NCBI GenBank assembly: GCA_964016885.1
Contig: OZ024749.1
Span: forward strand, 19,964,001 to 20,028,000
Direction: 5' to 3'
Length of the DNA stretch: 64,000 bases
Origin: Eledone cirrhosa
Taxonomy: Eukaryota
The notes under the pieces are model-generated. The model saw only the letters and a program-made list of their open reading frames with translations. It had not been told where the DNA came from and did not search any database. Each line of letters starts with the position of its first letter. The stretch's first letter is position 1. This document shows, piece by piece, positions 37,023 to 48,431 of this stretch. A program made the position numbers and the translations under genes.

Positions 37023-37155
37023 ATCATCATCATCATAATCATCATCATCTTCGTTTAACGTCCATTTTCCACGCTAGCATGGGTTAGATGGGAGTTGTCC
37101 CACTTGAGGCAAGGTTGGTTGGGTGACCGTGTCTCGCTCATATAGGACTATCTGG

Positions 37156-37157
<2 letters not shown>
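37023..37157 (-). mobile_element. RTE family A tail fragment
   Basis: (ATC)n CGTTTAACGTCCATTTTCCACGCTAGCATGGGT..CCACTTGAGGCAAG. Confidence 0.8.
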
Positions 37158-37218
<61 letters not shown>

Positions 37219-37248
37219 TATTTATATACACATATATATATATATACA

Positions 37249-37422
37249 ATATGTTGAAAAGGTAACACACTAGAGAGAGATACAGTGCGCCATCAATAAA
37301 ACAGGGAAAAACCTCCAGTGTATGGAATCTATAACCTATGAAAGGCAGAATATAGACACGATAATTAGAAATATAAATTAAAGCGTAAATAATCTCTCTA
37401 GTGTGTTACCTTTTCAACATAT
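37249..37422. repeat. Short element bounded by ~30-bp inverted repeats
   Basis: ATATGTTGAAAAGGTAACACACTAGAGAGA ... TCTCTCTAGTGTGTTACCTTTTCAACATAT. Confidence 0.75.
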
Positions 37423-37687
37423 GTATTTTAAAGTGCCCAGGATTTCCTCTCCTTTGAGCACATTATTTACAGGGAACGGCGAGAGTCTATGGCTCCGTTA
37501 ATGTATCGTGATATATATATATATATATATATACATATATACATATATATACACTATATATCATGCTACATACTGTACAACAGATGGGTGACAATGTATT
37601 TTGTACTGTTGTATGTATGTATGTATGTATGTATGTATGTATGTATGTATGTATGTATGTATGTATGTATGTATGTATGTATGTATG

Positions 37688-38275
37688 TTGTCAGGTCACC
37701 AGTTGGTGCTACTGGTAACATGTATCCCAGTACAACCTACCCCATAGTCGGGTCGTTGGCGACTAAACTGGCAACCCCACCAAGGTTTCTTGGTGAGGAG
37801 GGTGACTTTGGACATCCTGCAGGACTAAAAACAAAACCTGTCAAAGGGCAAAGGGCAAAATCACCGGGAGAGATGACCCCTTAGCCTTTGTCAAGGCAGA
37901 ATTCTAGGAGAAGGAAAACTCTGATATAACACCTGCAACCCTGATGGTATCCAATGATGTTGACTTGTTCTTCTTTTTGGTAAATATCATCTTGGTTAAG
38001 AGAGTGGGACTGGCTTTGTGCAGTGCCTTTGCTCACTATAAAAGCTTCACGGCACAGGCATTGCTTTATATCTGGAGATCTCTCTGCACTTGTCATCACA
38101 TGGTACCATGGGCCCAGCACTATGTGTCAATAATTGTCACAAGTGTAGTGTTTGTACCAGAGTTTTCAAGTCGCTGGCTGGACTAAAAAGTCACACTCGT
38201 TCAGCGCATCGGTAGGGGTTCTCCTACATGGATATAAAGTAGTGGCCGTACTCGAAAACGAGTTGGCAGCCACCA
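37688..38275 (+). mobile_element. Composite non-autonomous LINE-derived piece inside (ATGT)n: RTE/RTEX-like 5' UTR motif plus a C2H2-encoding 3' end
   Basis: CTAGGAGAAGGAAAACTCTGA motif; 38135-38215 reads CHKCSVCTRVFKSLAGLKSHTRSAHR* (CX2CX12HX4H); (ATGT)n on both sides. Confidence 0.55.
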
Positions 38276-38388
38276 TGTATGTATGTATGTATGTATGTAT
38301 GTTTGTATGCGTGTGTGGGTGTATGTATTTAATATATGCATGTGTGTGTGTATTTGTGAATGTATGTATGAATGAATGTATGTCTATG

Positions 38389-38428
<40 letters not shown>

Positions 38429-38598
38429 TATAGATAGGTAAATATACACGGGTGTGTATGATTGTGTATAGAAGATTATATTAATAAGAGGAATTCCAAC
38501 TTTGTCTGATTTACTCGTTTTATGTACAATCCTTTAAAATATATATAATGGTATTATAATGAAATAGTATGATAGAATATTAAATTCTAAGTGTTAAT

Positions 38599-38637
38599 TG
38601 AACAAGTACTTTCATGCTTTCGCAATCTTCAGGTTCA
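38599..38637 (-). ncRNA. Minimal hammerhead motif within a longer copy (from ~38482) of the 8845-9030 element
   Basis: Identical to 8959-8997. Confidence 0.75.
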
Positions 38638-39213
38638 TGATATGTGGTGACAGTCGAGTTTGCAATTTTCAACTGTAATGAGATGGGTAAATTTCCTACC
38701 TTTTATACATTTTATACAGAGAAAAGTGGCTCCAGAATGCAAAGCCCTGTAAACTGTATTTCGACCAATCAGTGTGTAGTTTCACTGAATTACTACAGCT
38801 GATTGGTTTAAGCGTCACGGCTGGTTGAGCATGCTAACGACCAATAGTCATATCCAACGTATCAATTGTTTTGCTTTTTTTGAAATGATGAAAATAGCAT
38901 TTTCTATTAATCATCACCATCAACATCACTTTTATTATTATTATTATTGTTGTTGTTGTTGTTAGTGGTCGTGGTCATAGTGGTAGTAGAAGTAATACCC
39001 CTAGGCGTTATTATTGTTCATTTAGCTTGGGTTTGAATTTATCAATAAAATTCTTTTCTTTGATTTTTCTCTTAATTTCACTTGGGCTGTGTAATTTGTA
39101 GAATGGGAATATTATAAATATTCCCTGACCACATGTTGCCAGGTGGCCGCTTAGGGGTATCTGACGGACATTTGGGTCTCTGATTTGTTGACGGTGTACC
39201 CGTGCACGTTCAC

Positions 39214-39252
<39 letters not shown>

Positions 39253-39491
39253 CAAATAAGCAATGTTCATGACAAGTGACTATTCATTGTTCTCTAAACT
39301 ATGGCACTGTTGATGATAGTGATTTTGACGATTTTGACTTTGATTTTGATTTTGTATCAGTACTGTCGGTAATATATGTATATATATATATATGTTTGTG
39401 AGTGGTGTGCGTGATTGTATGCATGAATGAGTGTTGGTATGTGTGGTTGTGGTTTGTATGCATGAGTATTAGTGTGTGAGTCGTGTCAATA

Positions 39492-39526
<35 letters not shown>

Positions 39527-39534
39527 GACCATGC

Positions 39535-42500
39535 TGTAAAATGGAGGGGTAGAGAGGGCCCTTGAGTCTAGTAAGACATCCTCTCTAGTGTTGGTGGCAA
39601 AAATAAAAGCACCCAGTCCATGCTGTAAAGTGGCGCTGGTGTTAGGAAGGGCATCCAACCAGTGTATCAATGCCAAAAAGCTTATCAGCACAGCAACAAA
39701 ACAGCATAGAAAAATATGAAGACGTCGCATCTCAGAGTTGCAACACTTAATGTTGGCACTCTCAGAGGTAGATCTGTTGAAATAGCGGAGATGCTGGAGA
39801 GAAGGCAGGTGGATGTGTGCTGCGTGCAAGAGGTGAGATGGAGGGGTGCCTCTGCGAGACTAGTCGTAGGCAAGCGTCTTAGCTATAAGCTATTCTGGGT
39901 AGGTAAGGATGATGGGTTAGGGGGAGTAGGCATTTTCCTGGCTGAGAAATGGATCAATAAGACAATAGAGGTTGTTCGAGTTAGTAATCGAATAATTAAG
40001 CTTAGATTAGTTGTAGGTAGGAGACTACTGACAATCATCTCGGTCTATGCTCCCCAAGCAGGCCTAGGCAAAGATGAGAAAGACTGCTTTTATGAGCAAC
40101 TTTTGCAAACAACCACAATGACAGAGGACGGAGACATCGTTATGCTAGCAGGAGACTTCAATGGTCATGTTGGACAGCTCCAGGATGGTTACACTGGGGT
40201 ACATGGTGGGCACGGTTACGGTTCAAGAAATGAAGAAGGAGTGAGACTTCTTGAATTTTGTGATGCAAGTACATTGACTATTTGCAACACAAACTTCCAG
40301 AAACCTGCCAATCACCTAATAACCTACAAATCTGGTGAGCACATAAGCCAGATTGACTTCCTGCTAGTTAGGCAGCGGGACAGGCAGATAGTGTCTAATA
40401 CCAAGGCATACCCTGGGGAAGAATGTACCCCACAGCATAGGTTAGTTGTTAGTGATATCTCAGTAAGCAAGAGATGGAATGAGACATATAGGAAGGTGTG
40501 GAGAAGAAAGGTCTGGAAGCTAAAAGACCTTTCACTAAAATTCAAATTTAGGAAAGCCCTTCAAGATGTATATGACGAAAAAGAAGACGATTTAGAGACG
40601 TATGACATAGATAATAACTGGAAGTTCTTACGTGACAACTTGCTGAAGGCTACTGATGAAACCTGTGGCTGGAGCAGAGCTCCAACCAGACAGAGAGTGA
40701 CCTGGTGGTGGAACAGCAGTGTAGATAAGGCTATTAGAGACAAAAGACTAGCATGGAAGGCTTGGAATAAGGGTGGGAGTAGGGAAGAATATACAGCCAC
40801 TAAGAGAGAAGCTAGACGTCAGGTGTACTTAGCACGCAGGGAGGCAGAGAGTAGGAGGTTTGCCAATGTTCTGCGACGAGAAGATCAGAGGCGTGCGGTG
40901 TTCCACATTGCAAGGCAGTGTGCCAATGCAAATCAGGATGTTGTTGGTGATAAATGTGTCCGGGATGATGCCGGTGTACTTAATGTCACGAATGACCAGA
41001 AAAAGGAGGCCTGGAAATGTCATTATGAGAGACTGATGAATGTGGAGAACGAATGGGAGAGAGAGAAATTACCCTTGGTAGATCCGACAGAGGGACCAGC
41101 TATTGAGATTGACGAATATAGGGTCCAAGAGGCGATTAGGGAAATGAAAAATGGTAAGGCGGCCGGACCATCGGGAATAGTTGCTGAGATGCTGAAGGCA
41201 TCAGGGGACGTAGGCACTAAACTGGTTGCACGCATAATCAATCAGGCTATATATGGTGGTGTCATACCCAAAGACTGGTGCAGCAGTATTCTCATAAATT
41301 GCTACAAAGGTAAAGGGGATGCTTTGGAGAGGAGCAATTATAGGGGTATAAAACTGATAGATCAGGTTATGAAAGTGGCAGAAAGGATTTTAGCACAACT
41401 AATTAGAGAAAGGGTCAAACTAGATGAGATGCAGTTTGGTTTTGTGCCTGGGAAGAGTACAACAGATGCCCTCTTCTTGGTGAGACAAATGCAAGAGAGG
41501 TTCTTAGAGAAGAATAAGCCACTATACTTAGCCTTTGTTGACCTAGAGAAGGCCTTTGATAGGGTACCCCGATCTGTCATCTGGTGGTCCCTAAGGAAGC
41601 TGGGTGTTGAGGAATGGCTTGTAAGGACAGTGCAAACTTTGTACAGAGGTACTCTCAGTAAAGTCAGGGTAGGAATGGAGTTTAGTGAGGAATTCCAGAT
41701 ACAAGTAGGAGTACATCAGGGTTCGGTCCTCAGCCCGCTCTTGTTCATTATAGTCCTCCAAGCCATAACAGAGGAGTTTAAGACTGGCTGTCCATGGGAA
41801 CTTCTATGCTGACGATCTGGCTCTTATGGCAGAATCAGTAGAGGAGCTAGAGAATAAATTCCGGCTATGGAAACAGCAGTTGGAAGCAAGAGGACTGAGA
41901 GTAAATCTAGCTAAGACAAAAGTGTTGATGAGTAGAAAAGAGGACAAAACCCTGATTCCGTCAGGGAAATGGCCATGTTCGATATGCAGAAAAGGAACTG
42001 GCATAAATTCTATAAAATGCACACAATGTAGGTCCTGGGTACACAAGAGATGTAGCGGGATAGCAGGCAAACTAACAGGTAGGGAGAAATATGTATGCAG
42101 TAGATGTACAGGGAAATTAGACAGTAGAAGTCGCACTGATAGACACATTTTTCAAATGCGAGAGGGCGCTATAGAAGTGGTGGAAAGCTTCCGGTACCTA
42201 GGAGATCAGATTAGCATGGGAGGAGGGTGTTCCGAGGCCATAGTATCTAGAATAAGGACGGGTTGGAAGAAGTTTAGGGAGCTGCTTCCTCTGTTGACGA
42301 AGAAGGGTTTCTCCCTGCGTACGAAAGGCCGGTTGTATGATGCCTGTGTGAGGAGCGCGATGCTGCATGGTAGTGAGACATGGGCAGCTACCGCAGAAGA
42401 TATGCGACGGCTGGAGAGAAATGAGGCAAGCATGCTCCGTTGGATGTGCAGTGTAAATGTGCGTGAACGACCCAGCATAAATGTGTTGAGAGAGAAACTG

Positions 42501-42808
42501 TGTCTGAGAGGGATAGAATGTAGTGTACGGGAGAGGAGACTGAGGTGGTATGGACATGTGATGCGCATGGAGGATGACCGATGGGTGAAGAAGTGCCAGG
42601 AAATGCCAGTTGAAGGAAGACGTGGTAGAGGTAGACCACGAAAAACATGGGCGGAGGTGGTGAGAACAGACCTCAGATCATTGAAGCTCACGGTGGAGAT
42701 GACGAGGGACCGTGACGAGTGGAGAGATGCTGTGCTGAATAAGACCCGTCCCACCCTTGCAAGCAGGGAAAAGCGGACGTAAAATGATGATGATGATGAT
42801 GATGATGA
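39535..42808 (+). mobile_element. RTE family B, full length, with a 2-nt deletion just before YADD
   Basis: APE (TLNVGTL, VQEVRW, GDFNGHVG, IDF, PQHRL) and RT split into ORFs 39716-41812 and 41826-42782; CTTCTATGCTGAC versus CTTCTCTATGCTGAC in the intact copy; (GAT)n tail. Confidence 0.95.
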
Positions 42809-43351
42809 TATATATATATATATATCATCCCTTAGGATGATATATATATATATATGAAAACAGGGAGAAAGAGACGATTATTAGGAAGAAAAATATATTT
42901 TTTTCCTTTTTTGTTTCTCTCTCTCTTTTTTCTGGGTTAGAAAATGATTAAAACGAAATGTTTTACTTTGTGTGAAGTGTTAAGGTATTAGTTGATTTAT
43001 TTATTATTTAACAATGGTATTTATTTATCTATTTATATATTTAATTATTGTCTATTACCGGTTTCAGCATTTTTATGCATTATCAAATGATAGTGAAATG
43101 TATTAGTGTGGTGTTGCACATGTTAAACAGAAGGTGTAGAAAGAATAATGTTATTTACAAACAAGGTTTATGAAGTGAAAAGAAAAAAGAAAAAGGAAAA
43201 AAAACCGTGCATAATGTAGAACGTCAATGTGGAAGAAAAAATTAATGTTATTTACAAGCAAAGTCATTGAAGTTAAGCAGATCAAAATGTGTTAATATAG
43301 CAAGAGTGCTTAGTTGATCCATGATTCCATGATGGAGGCAAATATATATAT

Positions 43352-44079
43352 ACAAGAGATGTAGCGGGATAGCAGGCAAACTAACAGGTAGGGAGAAATA
43401 CGTATGCAGTAGATGTACAGGGAAATTAGACAGTAGAAGTCACATTGATAGACACATCTTTCAAATGCAGGCGGGTGTTATAGAAGTGGTGGTTAGCTTC
43501 CGGTACCTAGGAGATCAGATTAGCATGGGAGGAGGGTGTTCCGAGGCCATAGTATCTAGAATAAGGACGGGTTGGAAGAAGTTTAGGGAGCTGCTTCCTC
43601 TGCTGACGAAGAAGGGTTTCTCCCTGTGTACGAAAGGCCGGTTATATGATGCTTGTGTGAGGAGCGCGATGCTGCATGGGCAGCAGCTGCAGAGGATATG
43701 CGACGGCTGGAGAGAAATGAGGCAAGCATGCTCTGTTGGATGTGCAATGTCAATGTGCGTGAACGACCCAGCATAAATGTGTTGAGAGAGAAACTGTGTC
43801 TGAGAGGAATAGAATGTAGTGTACGGGAGAGGAGACTGAGGTGGTATGGACATGTGATGTGCATGGAGGATGACCGATGGGTGAAGAAGTGCCAGGAAAT
43901 GCCAGTTGAAGGAAGACGCGGTAGAGGTAGACCACAAAAAACATGGGCGGAGGTGGTGAGAACAGACCTCAGATCGCTGAAGCTCACGGTGGAGATGACG
44001 AAGGACCGTGACAAGTGGAGAGATGGCATGCTGAATAAGACCCATCCAACCCTTGCAAGCAGGGAAAAGTAGACGTAAA

Positions 44080-44110
<31 letters not shown>
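43352..44110 (+). mobile_element. RTE family B, 5'-truncated with a small deletion
   Basis: Starts at ACAAGAGATGTAGCGGG (HKRCSG); (GAT)n tail. Confidence 0.92.
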
Positions 44111-44436
44111 GGATATACATATGAATGTGAGATAGTTCACCCTTTTAGATGGCAGGCATTTCATGTCTGTGTGTGAGTGTATGTGTGTGTATATATATAT
44201 ACACACACAAAGGTACAATTCACTGCTGTAGGTAACAGGGATACTTACTGTGTATGCATGAGTACATATATGACTCTCTGTATGTGTGTGGGTGTGTGTA
44301 TATATATATATATATATATACTAGACCACCCATGACCCATTGGGTCACACTCACTTAAAAGTAATTTTTAAATAATTAAAACATTCACAGACATGTATAT
44401 GATGTAAAATGAAATTGGAAGGCCCATATATATATA

Positions 44437-47400
44437 TCATCATCATCGTCATTTTACGTCCGCTTTTCCCTGCTTGCAAGGGTGGGATGGGTCTTATTCA
44501 GCACAGCATCTCTCCACTCGTCACGGTCCCTCGTCATCTCCACCGTGAGCTTCAATGATCTGAGGTCTGTTCTCACCACCTCCGCCCATGTTTTTCGTGG
44601 TCTACCTCTACCACGTCTTCCCTCAACTGGCATTTCCTGGCACTTCTTCACCCATCGGTCATCCTCCATGCGCATCACATGTCCATACCACCTCAGTCTC
44701 CTCTCCCGTACACTACATTCTATCCCTCTCAGACACAGTTTCTCTCTCAACACATTTATGCTGGGTCGTTCACGCACATTTACACTGCACATCCAACGGA
44801 GCATGCTTGCCTCATTTCTCTCCAGCCGTCGCATATCCTCTGCGGTTGCTGCCCATGTCTCACTACCAGGCAGCATCGCGCTCCTCACACAGGCATCATA
44901 CAACCGGCCTTTCGTACGCAGGGGGAAACCCTTCTTCGTCAACAGAGGAAGCAGCTCCCTAAACTTCTTCCAACCCGTCCTTATTCTAGATACTATGGCC
45001 TTGGAACACCCTCCTCCCATGCTAATCTGATCTCCTAGGTACTGGAAGCTATCCACCACTTCTATAGCGCCCTCTCGCATTTGAAAAATGTGTCTATCAG
45101 TGCGACTTCTACTGTCTAATTTCCCTGTACATCTACTGCATACATATTTCTCCCTACCTGTTAGTTTGCCTGCTATCCCGCTACATCTCTTGTGTACCCA
45201 GGACCTGCATTGTGTGCATTTTATAGAATTTATGCCAGTTCCTTTTCTGCATATCGAACATGGCCATTTCCCTGACGGAATCAGGGTTTTGTCCTCTTTT
45301 CTACTCATCAACACTTTTGTCTTAGCTAGATTTACTCTCAGTCCTCTTGCTTCCAACTGCTGTTTCCATAGCCGGAATTTATTCTCTAGCTCCTCTACTG
45401 ATTCTGCCATAAGAGCCAGATCGTCAGCATAGAGAAGTTCCCATGGACAGCCAGTCTTAAACTCCTCTGTTATGGCTTGGAGGACTATAATGAACAAGAG
45501 CGGGCTGAGGACCGAACCCTGATGTACTCCTACTTGTATCTGGAATTCCTCACTAAACTTCATTCCTACCCTGACTTTACTGAGAGTACCTCTGTACAAA
45601 GTTTGCACTGTCCTCACAAGCCATTCCTCAACACCCAGCTTCCTTAGGGACCACCAGATGACAGATCGGGGTACCCTATCAAAGGCCTTCTCTAGGTCAA
45701 CAAAGGCTAAGTATAGTGGCTTATTCTTCTCTAAGAACCTCTCTTGCATTTGTCTCACCAAGAAGAGGGCATCTGTTGTACTCTTCCCAGGCACAAAACC
45801 AAACTGCATCTCATCTAGTTTGACCCTTTCTCTAATTAGTTGTGCTAAAATCCTTTCTGCCACTTTCATAACCTGATCTATCAGTTTTATACCCCTATAA
45901 TTGCTCCTCTCCAAAGCATCCCCTTTACCTTTGTAGCAATTTATGAGAATACTGCTGCACCAGTCTTTGGGTATGACACCACCATATATAGCCTGATTGA
46001 TTATGCGTGCAACCAGTTTAGTGCCTACGTCCCCTGATGCCTTCAGCATCTCAGCAACTATTCCCGATGGTCCGGCCGCCTTACCATTTTTCATTTCCCT
46101 AATCGCCTCTTGGACCCTATATTCGTCAATCTCAATAGCTGGTCCCTCTGTCGGATCTACCAAGGGTAATTTCTCCCTCTCCCATTCGTTCTCCACATTC
46201 ATCAGTCTCTCATAATGACATTTCCAGGCCTCCTTTTTCTGGTCATTCGTGACACTAAGTACACCGGCATCATCCCGGACACATTTATCACCAACAACAT
46301 CCTGATTTGCATTGACACACTGCCTTGCAATGTGGAACACCGCACGCCTCTGATCTTCCCGTCGCAGAACATTGGCAAACTTCCTACTCTCTGCCTCCCT
46401 GCGTGCTAAGTACACCTGACGTCTAGCTTCTCTCTTAGTGGCTGTATATTCTTCCCTACTCCCACCCTTTTTCCAAGCCTTCCATGCTAGTCTTTTGTCT
46501 CTAATAGCCTTATCTACTGTGCTGTTCCACCACCAGGTCACTCTCTGTCTGGTTGGAGCTCTGCTCCAGCCACAGGTTTCATCAGTAGCCTGCAGCAAGT
46601 TGTCACGTAAGAAATTCCAGTTATTATCTATGTCATACGTCTCTAAATCGTCTTCTTTTTCGTCATATACATCTTGAAGGGCTTTCCTAAATTTGAATTT
46701 TAGTGAAAGGTCTTTTAGCTTCCAGACCTTTCTTCTCCACACCTTCCTATATGTCTCATTCCATCTCTTGCTTACTGAGATATCACTAACAACTAACCTA
46801 TGCTGTGGGGTACATTCTTCCCCAGTGTATGCCTTGGTATTAGACACTATCTGCCTGTCCCGCTGCCTAACTAGCAGGAAGTCAATCTGGCTTATGTGCT
46901 CACCAGATTTGTAGGTTATTAGGTGATTGGCAGGTTTCTGGAAGTTTGTGTTGCAAATAGTCAATGTACTTGCATCACAAAATTCAAGAAGTCTCACTCC
47001 TTCTTCATTTCTTGAACCGTAACCGTGCCCACCATGTACCCCAGTGTAACCATCCTGGAGCTGTCCAACATGACCATTGAAGTCTCCTGCTAGCATAACG
47101 ATGTCTACGTCCTCTGTCATTGTGGTTGTTTGCAAGAGTTGCTCATAAAAGCAGTCTTTCTCATCTTTGCCTAGGCCTGCTTGGGGAGCATAGACCGAGA
47201 TGATTGTCAGTAGTCTCCTACCTACAACTAATCTAAGCTTAATTATTCGATTACTAACTCGAACTACCTCTATTGTCTTATTGATCCATTTCTCAGCCAG
47301 GAAAATGCCTACTCCCCCTAACCCATCATCCTTACCTACCCAGAATAGCTTAAAGCTAAGACGCTTGCCTACGACTAGTCTCGCAGAGGCACCCCTCCAT

Positions 47401-47702
47401 CTCACCTCTTGCACGCAGCACACATCCACCTGCCTTCTCTCCAGCATCTCCGCTATTTCAGCAGATCTACCTCTGAGAGTGCCAACATTAAGTGTTGCAA
47501 CTCTGAGATGCGACGTCTTCATATTTTTCTATGCTGTTTTGTTGCTGTGCTGATAAGCTTTTGGCATTGATACACTGGTTGGATGCCCTTCCTAACACCA
47601 GCGCCACTTTACAGCATGGACTGGGTGCTTTTATTTGTGCCACCAGCACTAGAGAGGATGTCTTACTAGACTCAAGGGCCCTCTCTACCCCTCCATTTTA
47701 CA
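44437..47702 (-). mobile_element. RTE family B, full length, potentially active
   Basis: Same 5' start TGTAAAATGGAGGGG as 39535; ~180-nt 5' UTR; single ORF; (GAT)n tail. Confidence 0.95.
44454..47522 (-). CDS. RTE ORF: AP endonuclease + reverse transcriptase + PHD-like C4HC3 finger (1022 aa, intact)
   Basis: Uninterrupted ORF with APE motifs, QFGF, DLEKAFDRV, QGSVLSP, YADD, CSIC-CTQC-HKRC-CSRC, RRLRWYGH. Confidence 0.95.
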   Translation of the reverse strand: MKTSHLRVATLNVGTLRGRSAEIAEMLERRQVDVCCVQEVRWRGASARLVVGKRLSFKLFWVGKDDGLGGVGIFLAEKWINKTIEVVRVSNRIIKLRLVVGRRLLTIISVYAPQAGLGKDEKDCFYEQLLQTTTMTEDVDIVMLAGDFNGHVGQLQDGYTGVHGGHGYGSRNEEGVRLLEFCDASTLTICNTNFQKPANHLITYKSGEHISQIDFLLVRQRDRQIVSNTKAYTGEECTPQHRLVVSDISVSKRWNETYRKVWRRKVWKLKDLSLKFKFRKALQDVYDEKEDDLETYDIDNNWNFLRDNLLQATDETCGWSRAPTRQRVTWWWNSTVDKAIRDKRLAWKAWKKGGSREEYTATKREARRQVYLARREAESRKFANVLRREDQRRAVFHIARQCVNANQDVVGDKCVRDDAGVLSVTNDQKKEAWKCHYERLMNVENEWEREKLPLVDPTEGPAIEIDEYRVQEAIREMKNGKAAGPSGIVAEMLKASGDVGTKLVARIINQAIYGGVIPKDWCSSILINCYKGKGDALERSNYRGIKLIDQVMKVAERILAQLIRERVKLDEMQFGFVPGKSTTDALFLVRQMQERFLEKNKPLYLAFVDLEKAFDRVPRSVIWWSLRKLGVEEWLVRTVQTLYRGTLSKVRVGMKFSEEFQIQVGVHQGSVLSPLLFIIVLQAITEEFKTGCPWELLYADDLALMAESVEELENKFRLWKQQLEARGLRVNLAKTKVLMSRKEDKTLIPSGKWPCSICRKGTGINSIKCTQCRSWVHKRCSGIAGKLTGREKYVCSRCTGKLDSRSRTDRHIFQMREGAIEVVDSFQYLGDQISMGGGCSKAIVSRIRTGWKKFRELLPLLTKKGFPLRTKGRLYDACVRSAMLPGSETWAATAEDMRRLERNEASMLRWMCSVNVRERPSINVLREKLCLRGIECSVRERRLRWYGHVMRMEDDRWVKKCQEMPVEGRRGRGRPRKTWAEVVRTDLRSLKLTVEMTRDRDEWRDAVLNKTHPTLASREKRT

Positions 47703-47707
47703 TATAA

Positions 47708-47930
47708 ATAATAAAATAACAGGAGGCTGGACTTGTGTAAATCCTTGAAAGGTTTATTATACTATGATCATTTCAATGACCGAATATTCGATATCTATTA
47801 TATTCCTTTGTTATATTTCGAATACCTGATTATATCACCGGATTCATACGGAACCCAGTCATTGAAATGATCATAGTATAATAAACCTTTCAAGGATTTA
47901 CACAAGTCCAGCCTCCTGTTATTTTATTAT
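47708..47930. repeat. Inverted repeat (~73-bp arms, ~77-nt spacer) with a degenerate hammerhead-like motif
   Basis: Arms ATAATAAAATAACAGGAGGCTGG..CAATGAC / GTCATTG..CCTGTTATTTTATTAT; ATAC-CTGATTA..GAAA-TGATCA-TA-GTAT at 47822-47879. Confidence 0.75.
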
Positions 47931-48073
47931 AATAATCAACTCCGTACTCGCACCACCAACTACACAAACGAAGACGGTGGAGCTGCATTATGTTGAGTAC
48001 TCTCCATAATATTACATCGAGGTTGACCATACGGAATGACCAACTCTATCCAGTGGTAAACCAACAAACCTAA

Positions 48074-48137
<64 letters not shown>

Positions 48138-48431
48138 ATACATGTGTGTGTATGTGTGTATACATATATATCATCATCATATATATATATGGGTGCCTTT
48201 CAATCTACTCTCTCACAACCACTATCTCTATCTTTCTCTCTCTTTATTTATGAGGGTACCCGGAAAAACCCTGTATCTCGGGAACCCATGCTCCCATTTA
48301 TGTGAAACTTGTTTTATTCCATTTGTATTCCCATTTCAGGGGCAACTTCCTTTCACAGTATTTTCCCATTGTGCTGTATTACATTACAGACAAGCACACA
48401 ATCACAGAGCTTTAGTATATATATATATATA

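Noticed and set aside
39535-39715. HDV-like ribozyme in the RTE 5' UTR
   Set aside because: Only a simple hairpin (TAGAGAGG/CCTCTCTA) is visible; I could not build the nested double pseudoknot by eye.
42198-42754. Antisense ORFs overlapping RTE and Tx1 coding regions
   Set aside because: Shadow ORFs of the retrotransposon frames with no recognisable motifs.
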